From an uncultured Desulfospira sp. (lineage in GTDB: Bacteria > Desulfobacterota > Desulfobacteria > Desulfobacterales > Desulfobacteraceae): a DNA stretch of 64,000 bases. The stretch is taken from the NCBI GenBank assembly GCA_963663165.1, contig OY760175.1, positions 5,792,001 through 5,856,000 on the forward strand, in the 5' to 3' direction. The notes beneath the pieces are model-generated. The model was given only the letters and a program-made list of their open reading frames with translations. It searched no databases and was not told the DNA's origin. Position numbers and translations under genes: made by a program. Positions 30,157-39,938 of this stretch are shown here, piece after piece. The stretch's first letter is position 1; each line of letters starts with the position of its first letter.

Positions 30157-31200
30157 ATGAAAAGAAACAAAACGCTTGTTCTCGCTGTTCTGGCTATCAC
30201 TCTGTCCTTGGCATTATGTGTTAACGCTGCTTTCGCAAAGACGATAAGGCTCAGTCTGAATCACATTTTCCCCGCCTCCCATTTTGTTCATACCCGGCTG
30301 ATGACCGGGTTCGCCGCTGATCTCGAAAAAGCCACTGACGGAAGACTTAAAATCGATGTATTTCCCGGTGCGACCCTGCTCAAACCGGCTGAAACCTATG
30401 AAGGTGTCGTCACGGGAACGGCTGACATCTCCCATGGCATTACCGGTTATACCCGGGGCCGTTTTTTGGTGATGGAAGCCTGCGACATCTCGGGTATCCC
30501 CTTCAGCAGTGCTGCGGCGTCCACCATGGTAACGGTTGATGTCATCAAAAAGTTTAAACCCAAAGAGTATGATGACACCAAACTCCTGATGGTTAACAGT
30601 GTCGGCCCCGGCTGCCTCTTTACCAAGAAAAAAATCAACTCCCTTGATGACCTCAAAGATATGCGTATCCGTGCGACAGGTTCAACGGTTAACTCTATCA
30701 AAGCATTGGGCGCAGTCCCCGTCGCCATGCCCAATAACGATACCTACGAAGCGCTGTCCAAAGGGATTGTTGACGGCAATATCGGACCACCGGAAATGCT
30801 CAAAGGCTGGAAACAAGCCGATGTAACCGATTATATTACCATCATGCCGCCGGTTTATAACAGCATCATGTATGTGGTCATGAATCTGGATAAATGGAAC
30901 AGCCTTCCCAAAGATATCCAGGAGATTGTTGACAATGTCAGCGAAGGATGGAGCTTGAAATCCGGACAGATCTGGGACGATGAGCAAAAACGAAACGGTA
31001 TTGACTATGGGATTTCCCAGGGCATGAAAATGGTTCGCCTGCCGGACAGCGACTATGAAAAAGGCCTGAAACTGATGCAGCCGATAATTGACGACTATAT
31101 TGCCCGTATGGATAAAAAGGGGATTGACGCCAAAGAGATTGTCGAATTTGTTAAGGAAAAGTCAGCTGAATACTCCCAAAAATATCCGTCGACTTACTAG
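30157..31200 (+). CDS. dctP: TRAP transporter substrate-binding protein
   Basis: Signal peptide, DDLKDMRIR, LGAVPVAMP..YEALSKGIVDG, MNLDKWNSLP; RBS ggagg. Confidence 0.92.
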   Translation: MKRNKTLVLAVLAITLSLALCVNAAFAKTIRLSLNHIFPASHFVHTRLMTGFAADLEKATDGRLKIDVFPGATLLKPAETYEGVVTGTADISHGITGYTRGRFLVMEACDISGIPFSSAAASTMVTVDVIKKFKPKEYDDTKLLMVNSVGPGCLFTKKKINSLDDLKDMRIRATGSTVNSIKALGAVPVAMPNNDTYEALSKGIVDGNIGPPEMLKGWKQADVTDYITIMPPVYNSIMYVVMNLDKWNSLPKDIQEIVDNVSEGWSLKSGQIWDDEQKRNGIDYGISQGMKMVRLPDSDYEKGLKLMQPIIDDYIARMDKKGIDAKEIVEFVKEKSAEYSQKYPSTY

Positions 31201-31269
31201 GATAGACTGACCACCCATTATATTGACGGTTATCCCGATATCTATAGAATCCCGGTTTATCAAATAAGC

Positions 31270-31317
31270 AAAAAAGTGCTAAAGGGCCTCTTTCCGAGGC
31301 CCTCAAACCACTTTTTT
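31270..31317 (+). terminator. Hairpin with T-tract between dctP and dctQ
   Basis: aaaaaagtg..gggcctc-tttcc-gaggccc..cactttttt. Confidence 0.6.
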
Positions 31318-31473
31318 GCTTAATTTTGATACCCGGCACGGGGGGGCGTCGGCTCCGGCGGGTTTTAAACAATTTCAGGAGCCCCAAAAGAAGGATGACA
31401 ATGCAATTTATCAACCGGCTTGCCGGCCATTTGTTTTTTAAATTTAAGTGAAGTCAAATAGACCGAGGAAATT

Positions 31474-31962
31474 GTGATAGTGAAACGTGCAGAAAATTTT
31501 ATTTTTGGAGCCAGCCGAAAGTTAAACTATATCAGTGCCGTAACACTGACGGCAATGATGGGGCTGATTTTTATCAATGTTCTTTCCCGCATTATATGGC
31601 GCCCAATTCTCGGCACCTATGAAATTACAGCGTTCCTGGCATCCGTGACCATTTCTTTTTCCCTGGCCCAATGTGCTGCGGAAAAAGGTCATGTGGCCAT
31701 TACCCTTTTCACTGAAAGACTCTCCAGACGGGCCAGGGCCGTTTGCGAAACCATTGTGGCCATTATCGGCACCATTTTATTTGCAACATTGGCCTGGCAA
31801 TGCGTGAAGTATGGATTGGCCCTTCGGCGCTCCGGAGAGCAGTCCATGACACTTCTGATTTCTTTTTACCCCTTTGTTTTCGGCGTTGCGTTCGGTTTTT
31901 TAATGCTTTCGCTCGTGAACCTGGTTGATTTATTCAATTCTATTAAAAAGGTATTAAAATAA
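31474..31962 (+). CDS. dctQ: TRAP transporter small permease
   Basis: Four TM helices, GHVAI motif, located between dctP and dctM. Confidence 0.9.
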   Translation: MIVKRAENFIFGASRKLNYISAVTLTAMMGLIFINVLSRIIWRPILGTYEITAFLASVTISFSLAQCAAEKGHVAITLFTERLSRRARAVCETIVAIIGTILFATLAWQCVKYGLALRRSGEQSMTLLISFYPFVFGVAFGFLMLSLVNLVDLFNSIKKVLK

Positions 31963-33269
31963 TGGATCCAGTTGTAATTGGCCTGATTGGGTTGCTTATT
32001 CTGCTGTTACTGTTGACGATCAAACTGCCCGTGGGGTATGCCATGGCCTCTGTGGGACTGGTAGGATTTATTTACATGGTTTCCGCCAAGGGGGGGCTGA
32101 GCATGGCCGCCCGGGCGGCCTGGGATCAATTCGGGTCCTACGATTTCAGTGTTGTCCCCTTGTTTATTCTCATGGGACAGTTTTCTTTTGCTTCAGGTAT
32201 CTCCACACGCCTGTACGAGGCGGCGCATAAATGGCTGGGGCAGCTGCGCGGCGGTCTGGCCATGGCCACGGTAGGGGCCTGCGCCGGTTTTGCAGCCATC
32301 TGCGGATCCAGTACGGCCACCGCAGCGACCATGGGCATGGTTGCGCTGCCGGAGATGAAAAAGTATAAATATGATCTGGGGCTGGCAACCGGATGTATTG
32401 CGGCCGGGGGCAGCATGGGAATTCTGATCCCCCCAAGTGTTATCCTTATCGTATACGGCATTATGACCGAACAATCCATCGGCAAGCTCTTTGCCGCCGG
32501 TCTTATTCCGGGAATCATGGAAGCGGTTTTTTACATCGCCACCATTGCCATTGTGTGCAAAATCAATCCCAAGCTCGGCCCAAGAGGACCGAAAACCACG
32601 TTCAAAACCAAAATTTCCGGGCTTTGGGGAGGAACCATTGAGACCGTGATCATTTTTGTTCTGGTGCTCGGCGGTTTGTTCGGCGGATTTTTTACCCCCA
32701 CGGAAGCAGCCGGCGTTGGCGCGGCACTGGTCCTCATCCTGAGCCTGGTCACCAGAAATTTAAACTGGCCGGGGTTTAAAAATTCGCTTCTCTCTACCAC
32801 GACCACCACGGCCATGATTCTGATCATCGTTGTCGGTGCCATTATCTTTAATAAGTTTGTCGCGGTTACACGGCTGCCCTTTGCCCTGGCGGACTGGGTA
32901 GTGGCCTTGGATATGCCCCCTATGGCGGTCATGGGGTTGATCATTGCCGTCTATGTTGTGGGCGGCTGTTTCATGGATGCGTTAGGGCTTATTCTGCTCA
33001 CCGTGCCGATTTTTTTCCCGGTGGCGATTAAGCTGGGGTTTGACCCTATCTGGTTTGGCATCATCATCACCCGGGTCAGTGAAATCGGTGTCATCACACC
33101 ACCGGTGGGGATGAACGTTTATATCATCAAGGGGGTGGCGCCTGATGTCCCCCTGGGCACTATATTCAGGGGTATCGTTCCCTTTCTTATTGCCGATATT
33201 ATCGCGGTGATCCTGTTGCTGTTGTTTCCTCAAATAGCATTATTTTTACCGTCCATCGTCACTTATTAA
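31962..33269 (+). CDS. dctM: TRAP transporter large permease
   Basis: AICGSS, GILIPPS, FTPTEAA, FDPIWFG, ITPPVG. Confidence 0.95.
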   Translation: MDPVVIGLIGLLILLLLLTIKLPVGYAMASVGLVGFIYMVSAKGGLSMAARAAWDQFGSYDFSVVPLFILMGQFSFASGISTRLYEAAHKWLGQLRGGLAMATVGACAGFAAICGSSTATAATMGMVALPEMKKYKYDLGLATGCIAAGGSMGILIPPSVILIVYGIMTEQSIGKLFAAGLIPGIMEAVFYIATIAIVCKINPKLGPRGPKTTFKTKISGLWGGTIETVIIFVLVLGGLFGGFFTPTEAAGVGAALVLILSLVTRNLNWPGFKNSLLSTTTTTAMILIIVVGAIIFNKFVAVTRLPFALADWVVALDMPPMAVMGLIIAVYVVGGCFMDALGLILLTVPIFFPVAIKLGFDPIWFGIIITRVSEIGVITPPVGMNVYIIKGVAPDVPLGTIFRGIVPFLIADIIAVILLLLFPQIALFLPSIVTY

Positions 33270-33294
33270 CATATTTCAAACCCAGGAGGATAAA

Positions 33295-33774
33295 ATGACA
33301 GCCGGCACGTTTAACCCTGTAAAACCCAGTTTTGAATATATCTTCACTGCCAAAGTGAGCATTGCGGCCCCTCTGGAATTCGGCCGGACACCGGAAGGTA
33401 TACGCCGGATAATCAATATCACCGGCGGCCGTGTGGACGGTCCGGTGCTGTCCGGTGAGGTGCTGCCCGGCGGAGCGGACTGGCAAATTGTCCGGGAAGA
33501 CGGCAGTGCTGTTTTAGAGGCGCGGTACACCATTCGTTCCAGCGATGGCGCCCTGATTTATGTCCGCAACTTTGGATACCGAAACGGCCCGCCCGAGGTA
33601 TTGGCGCAGCTAGCCAAAGGCGAAATGGTGGACCCGGCGTTATATTATTTCAGGGCCACCCCATTCTTTGAAACCGCTGCGGTGCAATATGACTGGCTGA
33701 ACAAAACCCTGGCCATGTCTTCGGGTATTCGTGAGAAGGAACGGGTAATATTGGATTTTTATGCCGTAAGGTAA
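33295..33774 (+). CDS. DUF3237 (UPF0311) protein
   Basis: RRIINITGG, GEVLPGGADWQ, YYFRATPFFET; RBS aggagg. Confidence 0.88.
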   Translation: MTAGTFNPVKPSFEYIFTAKVSIAAPLEFGRTPEGIRRIINITGGRVDGPVLSGEVLPGGADWQIVREDGSAVLEARYTIRSSDGALIYVRNFGYRNGPPEVLAQLAKGEMVDPALYYFRATPFFETAAVQYDWLNKTLAMSSGIREKERVILDFYAVR

Positions 33775-33781
33775 GAAAGGG

Positions 33782-34918
33782 TTAGACATCCTGGAGAAGG
33801 GTCAGCCCAAAACTGCAGATGACGGTCAAAATGCCGATGATCAGAATGCCGGCCTGGAAACTCCAAACATCGGCCACGGCCCCTAGAAAAATAGGGGAAA
33901 GCCCGGGGCCGAAAACGCCGGCGGCGCTCATGACCACGGCGGTAAAAATGCCGCGATCGTTTTGACTCGTGACTTTGGATATGGCCGTTAATCCGGCAGG
34001 GAAAAAAACAACGCTGAAGGTGGCCTGAAAAAAAAGCATGATCATTAAGATCTGAGAATGGTGTATCAGAGCAATCCCGAGAGTGAACAATCCGGTAAGC
34101 AGGGTTATAAAAAAGCACAGCTTTTTTGTGCTGTACCGGTCCATCATAAATCCCATCACAACCATGGCAATAAAACCGCCGATGCGGGAAATGCCGAAAA
34201 TTGAATTGGCCGCATCCATTGGCATTCCCCGTTCTTTAACCAGGTAAAGGGGAATGATATTGAAAATGCCCATGCCGGCCACACCGCACGCGACAAACGC
34301 AAGGGTCAGAATCCAGAAATCTTTTCGCAAAAACAGACCGCGGACCCGGTAACTTTCCGCGGTTTCGGGCCTGTGGTCGGGCAGCCTATAGAATATCAAT
34401 ACGGTCATGATCAGGCAGCACATGCCCAGGGATAAAAAAAGAAAATTCCACGGCATTACCTTCAATGCCAGAAGGGTTATAAATGGTACGGTTAAAATGG
34501 CAAAGCCGGCTGCGGTTTCATGAATGGAAATGGCTTTTCCCCAATGGGCCCTTTCAACAACAATGGTCAGCAGCGGCGTGCCGCAGGGAATATAAATTCC
34601 TGAGCCCAAACCCAGAAAAAACAAAACAACAATAAATATGTGGTATGAGCCGGCGAATGTAAGTGTGATAAAGCTTAGGCCAAGAATAATAAAACAGAGT
34701 AAAATAAGTTTTTTGTACCCCAGCCGGTTGGAAAGAACGCCCGTAACAAGGACCGAAAACGTACTTCCGACATAAAAAGGCAAAAACAGCCCGCCGGCCA
34801 TGGCATGGTTGATGGCCAGTGAGTCCTCAATAACCGGCAAAAGGGGGGAGAGGATGGTGCGTGACAGATAATTCAGATACCAAAGCGACCAAAAAAACAA
34901 AAGGAGTAAAATAGGCAT
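33782..34918 (-). CDS. MFS transporter
   Basis: About 12 hydrophobic helices, GVLSNRLG motif-A-like loop. Confidence 0.88.
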   Translation of the reverse strand: MPILLLLFFWSLWYLNYLSRTILSPLLPVIEDSLAINHAMAGGLFLPFYVGSTFSVLVTGVLSNRLGYKKLILLCFIILGLSFITLTFAGSYHIFIVVLFFLGLGSGIYIPCGTPLLTIVVERAHWGKAISIHETAAGFAILTVPFITLLALKVMPWNFLFLSLGMCCLIMTVLIFYRLPDHRPETAESYRVRGLFLRKDFWILTLAFVACGVAGMGIFNIIPLYLVKERGMPMDAANSIFGISRIGGFIAMVVMGFMMDRYSTKKLCFFITLLTGLFTLGIALIHHSQILMIMLFFQATFSVVFFPAGLTAISKVTSQNDRGIFTAVVMSAAGVFGPGLSPIFLGAVADVWSFQAGILIIGILTVICSFGLTLLQDV

Positions 34919-35120
34919 AAGCTACCATTTCAACGGTTGGAAAAAAGCGTTAAAACTTAACAATCAATCCATTACAGGCTTTACAATATTCACTTTTCGC
35001 TGTTGTTTTTCGGCCCACCTTCTTTAAGATGGCATGATTGGCGGGGAGTATATCATCCCCGGGTCTGCACCGCAATACTCGGATGTGTCTGCTGACTGTC
35101 TGGGGTGTTGGTGTGGATGA

Positions 35121-35230
35121 TAATGTATATTGTTGAGACTTGGGATATGGGATATGGGACTTGGGGAGGCCGTGGATGCCGCAATCCCCAGGTCCCATAT
35201 CCCAAGTCCCAAGTCCAATTTTTTGGAGAT
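35121..35230. repeat. Palindromic heptamer element, GGGACTT family (copy 1)
   Basis: (gggactt/gggatat)n, core gccgtggatgccgcaa, (aagtccc)n; identical to 40891-40993 apart from one extra heptamer. Confidence 0.9.
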
Positions 35231-35249
35231 ATTATTCATTTTGCATAAG

Positions 35250-35879
35250 TCATCCCGCGGGAATAGCCAGTGTGATGACCGCCCAGGCCCCGAAAGAAAT
35301 CAGGATGATGCCGGTCAGGCGGTTAATACTGTCCTGAAAACCGGGCTTAAGGTGCCGGCCTATTATTGCCGTGCCAAAGGTCAGGATAAGCCACCAGAGG
35401 GCAGACCCGGTAAACACCCCGGCCACCAGTGTGGCTGAGGCCGCGTATCCTTTGTCTGTTACGCCAAGGCCCAGGCCTGCAAAGATCGCCATGAACGCCA
35501 TGATGGTCATGGGGTTGGTCAGGGTAAGGGCTAATGCCGACAGATAGGCTGAAACATATCCCTGAAAAGGCGTGTTGGCATTCTCCCGGGGGGGAGGGGC
35601 CTGCTTAAAAGTCTGCCGGCCCAAAAAGATAAGAAACAGCCCGCCTGCCAGGTGGAGCAGGCATTTAATGTCCAGTAAAAAGCCGGTGATAACGGTCAGG
35701 CCGAAACCGGCCAAACACCCGTAAACGGCATCGGCCGTGGCCGCACCAAGCCCTGTGGCAAGGCCGGCTAACGCCCCGTGGGTCAGGCTTCGATTAATGC
35801 ACAACAGGCCGATGGGGCCTACCGGGGCGGCAATGGAAAAGCCGATAACAATGCCCTTGATCAGGTATTTGATTTCCAT
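35250..35879 (-). CDS. LysE-family translocator
   Basis: APVGPIG, GAATAD, LTNPMTI. Confidence 0.92.
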   Translation of the reverse strand: MEIKYLIKGIVIGFSIAAPVGPIGLLCINRSLTHGALAGLATGLGAATADAVYGCLAGFGLTVITGFLLDIKCLLHLAGGLFLIFLGRQTFKQAPPPRENANTPFQGYVSAYLSALALTLTNPMTIMAFMAIFAGLGLGVTDKGYAASATLVAGVFTGSALWWLILTFGTAIIGRHLKPGFQDSINRLTGIILISFGAWAVITLAIPAG

Positions 35880-35993
35880 GTATATATCCTTGTGTTATGG
35901 TTTGTCATATTTTAGGCGCCGGGGCCGGGCAAGGCCATGGGAAAACCCTGGATTTTGGTTGAAAAAAAATTAAATTTTAAGAAAAATAAAGGC

Positions 35994-36461
35994 GTGGACT
36001 TTAAATTTGAAAATTTGCTGGACTCTTTGGGAAAAAAGATTCTCAAGGAGCTGAGCCAAAACGGCCGGATCAGTTTCAGCGAGCTTGGCCGGAAAGTGGG
36101 CCTGTCCAGTCCGGCCGTGACCGAGCGGGTCCGGAAAATGGAAGAGGCCGGGATCATAAAAGGATACCATGCCGCCATTGATCTGCCGGATAAGGCCCAA
36201 AAGGTCACGGCCTTTATTTTGATGACCACCCTTCCCCAGCATTATAAAAAGGTTAACCAGATCCTTGAGGAACTTCCCGAAACCCTGGAATGCCATCATG
36301 TCAGCGGCGAAGAGTCGTTCATGATCAAGGTGCTGGTGCCGGACTTAAAAAAACTGGAAAGCATTGTTGAAACCTTAAGCGCCTTTGGAAGGACGCGGAC
36401 GTCCATTGTCATGTCCACGGTTCTGGACAAAGGGGCGCCCTTGTTTGAGCAGGACCCGTGA
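35994..36461 (+). CDS. Lrp/AsnC-family transcriptional regulator, divergent from the LysE gene
   Basis: GRISFSELGRKVGLSSPAVTERVRKMEEAGIIKGY HTH; GTG 35994 preferred over ATG 35937. Confidence 0.92.
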   Translation: MDFKFENLLDSLGKKILKELSQNGRISFSELGRKVGLSSPAVTERVRKMEEAGIIKGYHAAIDLPDKAQKVTAFILMTTLPQHYKKVNQILEELPETLECHHVSGEESFMIKVLVPDLKKLESIVETLSAFGRTRTSIVMSTVLDKGAPLFEQDP

Positions 36462-36483
36462 AAATCCATAAGGACCCATCCCC

Positions 36484-37560
36484 ATGTCTGAAAATTTAAT
36501 GATTCTGGCCGGAAAATCGGCACACCACCACATCCGGGAAAACGGCCTTAAACCCGATGACATTGACGCCATGCTCGGGGCTTCCGGCGCAGCCAAGTGG
36601 CTGTCTATATGCGGGCTGGATAACATGATTTTTTCCCAGTGGTTTAAAGAAAGGGCCAGGCCGCTTCATTTATTCGGCACCTCCATTGGCGCCTGGAAAT
36701 TTGCCGCAGCCGCTCAGAAAGACTGCCGCCAGGCCTTTGAGCGGCTTAAACATGCCTATACCCGCCAGCGGTACAACGGTAAGGTTACCGCGGCCAAGGT
36801 GGCAACGGAAACCCATCGGATCATGGCGGAGTTCTTGACCCCGGCCGCCATTGACCAGATTCTGTCCCATCCCTTTATCCGCATCGGATTTTCGGCGGTC
36901 CGGTGCAAAAGCCTTCTGGCCTCTGAGATCAAGCCCGTTCAGGCCATCGGCATCTGGTCGGCCTTTGAGTTGAACGTCTTGTCCAGAAGCCTTCAGCGGT
37001 TCTGTTTTGAGCGGATTTTATTCCATGACCCGCGGTATGATACCCGGGTGATGACCGCCCATGATTTTGAGACCACCCCGGTGTCCCTAGACCGGGACAA
37101 TTTTGCAAAGGCCCTTTTGGCGTCAGGTTCCATTCCCCTTGTCATGGAAGGGGTCCGAAAGATTCCGGGCGCCCCCAAAGGCACCTTCCGGGACGGCGGC
37201 CTGCTGGATTACCACCCGGTATTTTCTTTGGGGCCGGACTGCAGCGGGTTTATTCTCTATCCCCATTTTTATCCTGAAATCACATGGGGATGGTTTGACA
37301 AAAAATTTTCCAAACGGCGGGCCACCGGCCAGGCCGTGGACCGGATCATCCTTCTGGCCCCGTCCAAAGAATTTGTATCCAGCCTTCCCTTTGGCCGGAT
37401 CCCGGACCGCCAGGACTTTATCCGGTTTAAAGGGCAGGATGATGACCGGATTGCCGCCTGGGACAAGGCCGCCGACATGTGCCAAAGCCTGGCAGATGAA
37501 TTTATGGAAGCTGTTGAAAGCGGCGCCATCAGGGACCGGGTCCAAAAAATCGGGGATTGA
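36484..37560 (+). CDS. Patatin-like phospholipase family protein
   Basis: GASGAAK, GTSIG nucleophile, ASGSIP, DGG. Confidence 0.85.
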   Translation: MSENLMILAGKSAHHHIRENGLKPDDIDAMLGASGAAKWLSICGLDNMIFSQWFKERARPLHLFGTSIGAWKFAAAAQKDCRQAFERLKHAYTRQRYNGKVTAAKVATETHRIMAEFLTPAAIDQILSHPFIRIGFSAVRCKSLLASEIKPVQAIGIWSAFELNVLSRSLQRFCFERILFHDPRYDTRVMTAHDFETTPVSLDRDNFAKALLASGSIPLVMEGVRKIPGAPKGTFRDGGLLDYHPVFSLGPDCSGFILYPHFYPEITWGWFDKKFSKRRATGQAVDRIILLAPSKEFVSSLPFGRIPDRQDFIRFKGQDDDRIAAWDKAADMCQSLADEFMEAVESGAIRDRVQKIGD

Positions 37561-37604
37561 TTTCTCAGTTAACAGGTGATTCTTTATAACGGCCGTGGCC
37601 ATTT

Positions 37605-37754
37605 TATAAGAAACTGGAGACAAGAAACAAGAGACAAGAGGGCGAAGCACCTGCGGTGCCCAATTTATAGTCTACCGTTGCTGGTATCTTCAGTTTCATT
37701 ATTCGTTGTGGGCGGTTCTTGGTTGGATAACCAAGGCGGCCCGTGGCCGTTATA
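37605..37754 (+). repeat. Single two-hairpin unit D with heptamer-containing insert, flanked by 11-bp direct repeat
   Basis: ttataagaaac at 37604 and 37750; family 3' half gttgtgggcggttcttggttggataaccaaggcggcccgtggccgt. Confidence 0.9.
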
Positions 37755-37787
37755 AGAAACCGATATTAAAATATCCCTGTTGAAGTT

Positions 37788-38222
37788 TCAGGATTTGAGT
37801 CCCCTGAGCAGGCTTGTCACGGCCTTGCCGCTGATAACGACTTTCCCGTCCTGATTTTCAATCCAGCTGTTGATGATGATCTCTTCTTTTTCCCGGTTGA
37901 TTTCCACAATTTCAAACCAGGCCGTGAGGGTGTCTCCAATGAAAACGGGCTTTAGGAACTCCAGGGTCTGTGATTTGTAGATGGCGCCCGTGCCCGGGAT
38001 GTGCATGCCCACCAGGGTTGAGAACAACGCGGCTGAAAGCATGCCATGGGCAATTTTCTGACCAAAAAAGGTTTGTCGGGCAAACTCGCCGTCAACGTGA
38101 AGGGGATTGGTATCGCCGGTGATGGCAATGAAATGGGACAAATCTTCCGGGGTAATGGTTTTGGTTAAGGATGCTTTCTGCCCTTCTTCAAGATCGTTGA
38201 AGGTTGTCAAGTTGCAGGTCAT
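37788..38222 (-). CDS. MaoC-family (R)-hydratase
   Basis: TGDTNPLH, IAHGML, FLKPVFIGD. Confidence 0.93.
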   Translation of the reverse strand: MTCNLTTFNDLEEGQKASLTKTITPEDLSHFIAITGDTNPLHVDGEFARQTFFGQKIAHGMLSAALFSTLVGMHIPGTGAIYKSQTLEFLKPVFIGDTLTAWFEIVEINREKEEIIINSWIENQDGKVVISGKAVTSLLRGLKS

Positions 38223-38432
38223 GGTCTACCCTCTCTTTTTTGGGTCCGTGGTGGTTATGTTATGGGTAGCATTAATTGGGGATTGAGGCAAATATCTGGT
38301 CTGGTTTTTTCGGCGGGGGCTGCGCTCATGATCCGGTGTAACGGATTGATATTGTAATTGAATTTAATTTAAAAAAGGAAACCGGAGAAAGGGAGACGGG
38401 AGACCGGAACCGTCAAGTTCCCTGGTTTGAGC

Positions 38433-38474
38433 GGTAGGGTTGGAGCGGTAGGGTTGGAGCGGTAGGGTTGGAGC
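38433..38474. repeat. 14-bp tandem triplication ggtagggttggagc inside a composite element
   Basis: Three exact copies; upstream 38371-38432 matches 29628-29690. Confidence 0.9.
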
Positions 38475-38773
38475 GATAGGTGTCGGATGCCGGGTTCCCT
38501 TGGAGGGCGCATCCGGTCTCCTTCTTCCGGTTTCCGGTCTCCCTCCGTTTCATTGGAGATAAAATACATTTTTTTAACTGCGGTTCCCCGGGGCGTCCAA
38601 ATCAAATTTCTGGCATATTGGTTTAAAAAAAGGTATACACAAAAATTTAGGTAATTCGGCTGAAGAGGGTCCGGCCCGGGTATTCATCCAAAGGGCCGTG
38701 CATCTTCAAATCCGCAATGGCTTTAATATTACAAATGTCTTGGGCGAAGTGGTTTGTCCCGGAGGAAAGAAGA

Positions 38774-39880
38774 ATGAAAAAAGTTGGTATTGTCGGCTGG
38801 CGGGGTATGGTGGGATCGGTCCTCATGGAAAGAATGAGGGCTGAGAATGATTTTCAAAAATTTACGCCCTATTTTTTCACCACCTCCCAGGCCGGACAGG
38901 CCGCACCGGATGTGGGAAAAGAAGTGCCGGCCCTGATTGACGCCCATGACCTGGGTGCCTTAATGGAAATGGATGTTATTGTTTCCTGCCAGGGCGGTTC
39001 CTATACCGAGGCGATCCATCCGAAACTCGAAGAGGGCGAATGGAAAGGGTACTGGATTGATGCCGCCTCCACGTTGAGGATGGCGGACAACAGCATCATT
39101 GTCCTGGACCCGGTGAACCTGAAAGTAATTGAAGACGGACTGGCCCGGGGCATTAAAAATTTTATCGGGGGCAATTGTACGGTGTCTCTCATGCTCATGG
39201 CCCTAGGCGGCCTGTTTGAAAATGATGCCGTGGAATGGCTCACCTCAATGACCTATCAGGCCGCTTCCGGGGCCGGGGCCAAGAACATGGAAGAGCTGGT
39301 GGCCCAGATGCGCGCCATTGGCCAGGCCGCCTCAAGTCTTTTGGACGATCCGTCAAGCCCCATTCTGGACTTGGACCGGAAAGTCACCAACACCATCCGA
39401 TCGGCCGATTTCCCGGTGGAAAACTGGGGGGTCCCCCTGGGGGCCAGCCTGATTCCCTGGATTGACCGGGCCATGGACAACGGCCAGACCCGGGAAGAGT
39501 GGAAAGGGTTTGTGGAAACCAATAAAATCCTGGGAAGATCAGATAATCCCATTCCCATTGACGGCCAGTGCGTCCGTATCGGCTCCATGAGATGCCACAG
39601 CCAGGCCTTTACCATTAAACTCAAGCAGGATATCCCGTTAGCGGATATCAACAGCATGCTTTCGGAAAATAACAACTGGGTAAAGGTGATTCCCAATGTT
39701 CGGCATGACAGTGCCACCGAGCTGACCCCGGCCGCCGTGACCGGAACCCTGACCGTGCCTGTGGGGCGGATCCGGAAGATGAACCTGGGAGATCGGTTTT
39801 TGACCGCTTTCAGTGTGGGGGACCAGCTGTTGTGGGGGGCTGCGGAGCCGCTGAGGCGAATATTGAATATTATACTGTAG
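38774..39880 (+). CDS. asd: Aspartate-semialdehyde dehydrogenase (E. coli-type)
   Basis: [43 protein letters not shown] ggagg before ATG 38774. Confidence 0.97.
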   Translation: MKKVGIVGWRGMVGSVLMERMRAENDFQKFTPYFFTTSQAGQAAPDVGKEVPALIDAHDLGALMEMDVIVSCQGGSYTEAIHPKLEEGEWKGYWIDAASTLRMADNSIIVLDPVNLKVIEDGLARGIKNFIGGNCTVSLMLMALGGLFENDAVEWLTSMTYQAASGAGAKNMEELVAQMRAIGQAASSLLDDPSSPILDLDRKVTNTIRSADFPVENWGVPLGASLIPWIDRAMDNGQTREEWKGFVETNKILGRSDNPIPIDGQCVRIGSMRCHSQAFTIKLKQDIPLADINSMLSENNNWVKVIPNVRHDSATELTPAAVTGTLTVPVGRIRKMNLGDRFLTAFSVGDQLLWGAAEPLRRILNIIL

Positions 39881-39938
39881 ATGGGGAGACCCTAGACCGG
39901 AGGCTGGAGACTGGAAATGAGGGGCAGGGAAGAAAACA

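Noticed and set aside
32955..32966. gttgtgggcggc inside dctM matching the two-hairpin unit linker
   Set aside because: Only a short match encoding VVGG, with no flanking hairpins.
37605..37754. Hammerhead ribozyme or group II intron remnant (GAAA motif)
   Set aside because: The GAAA is paired in a stem, and there is no CUGANGA core and no domain V signature.
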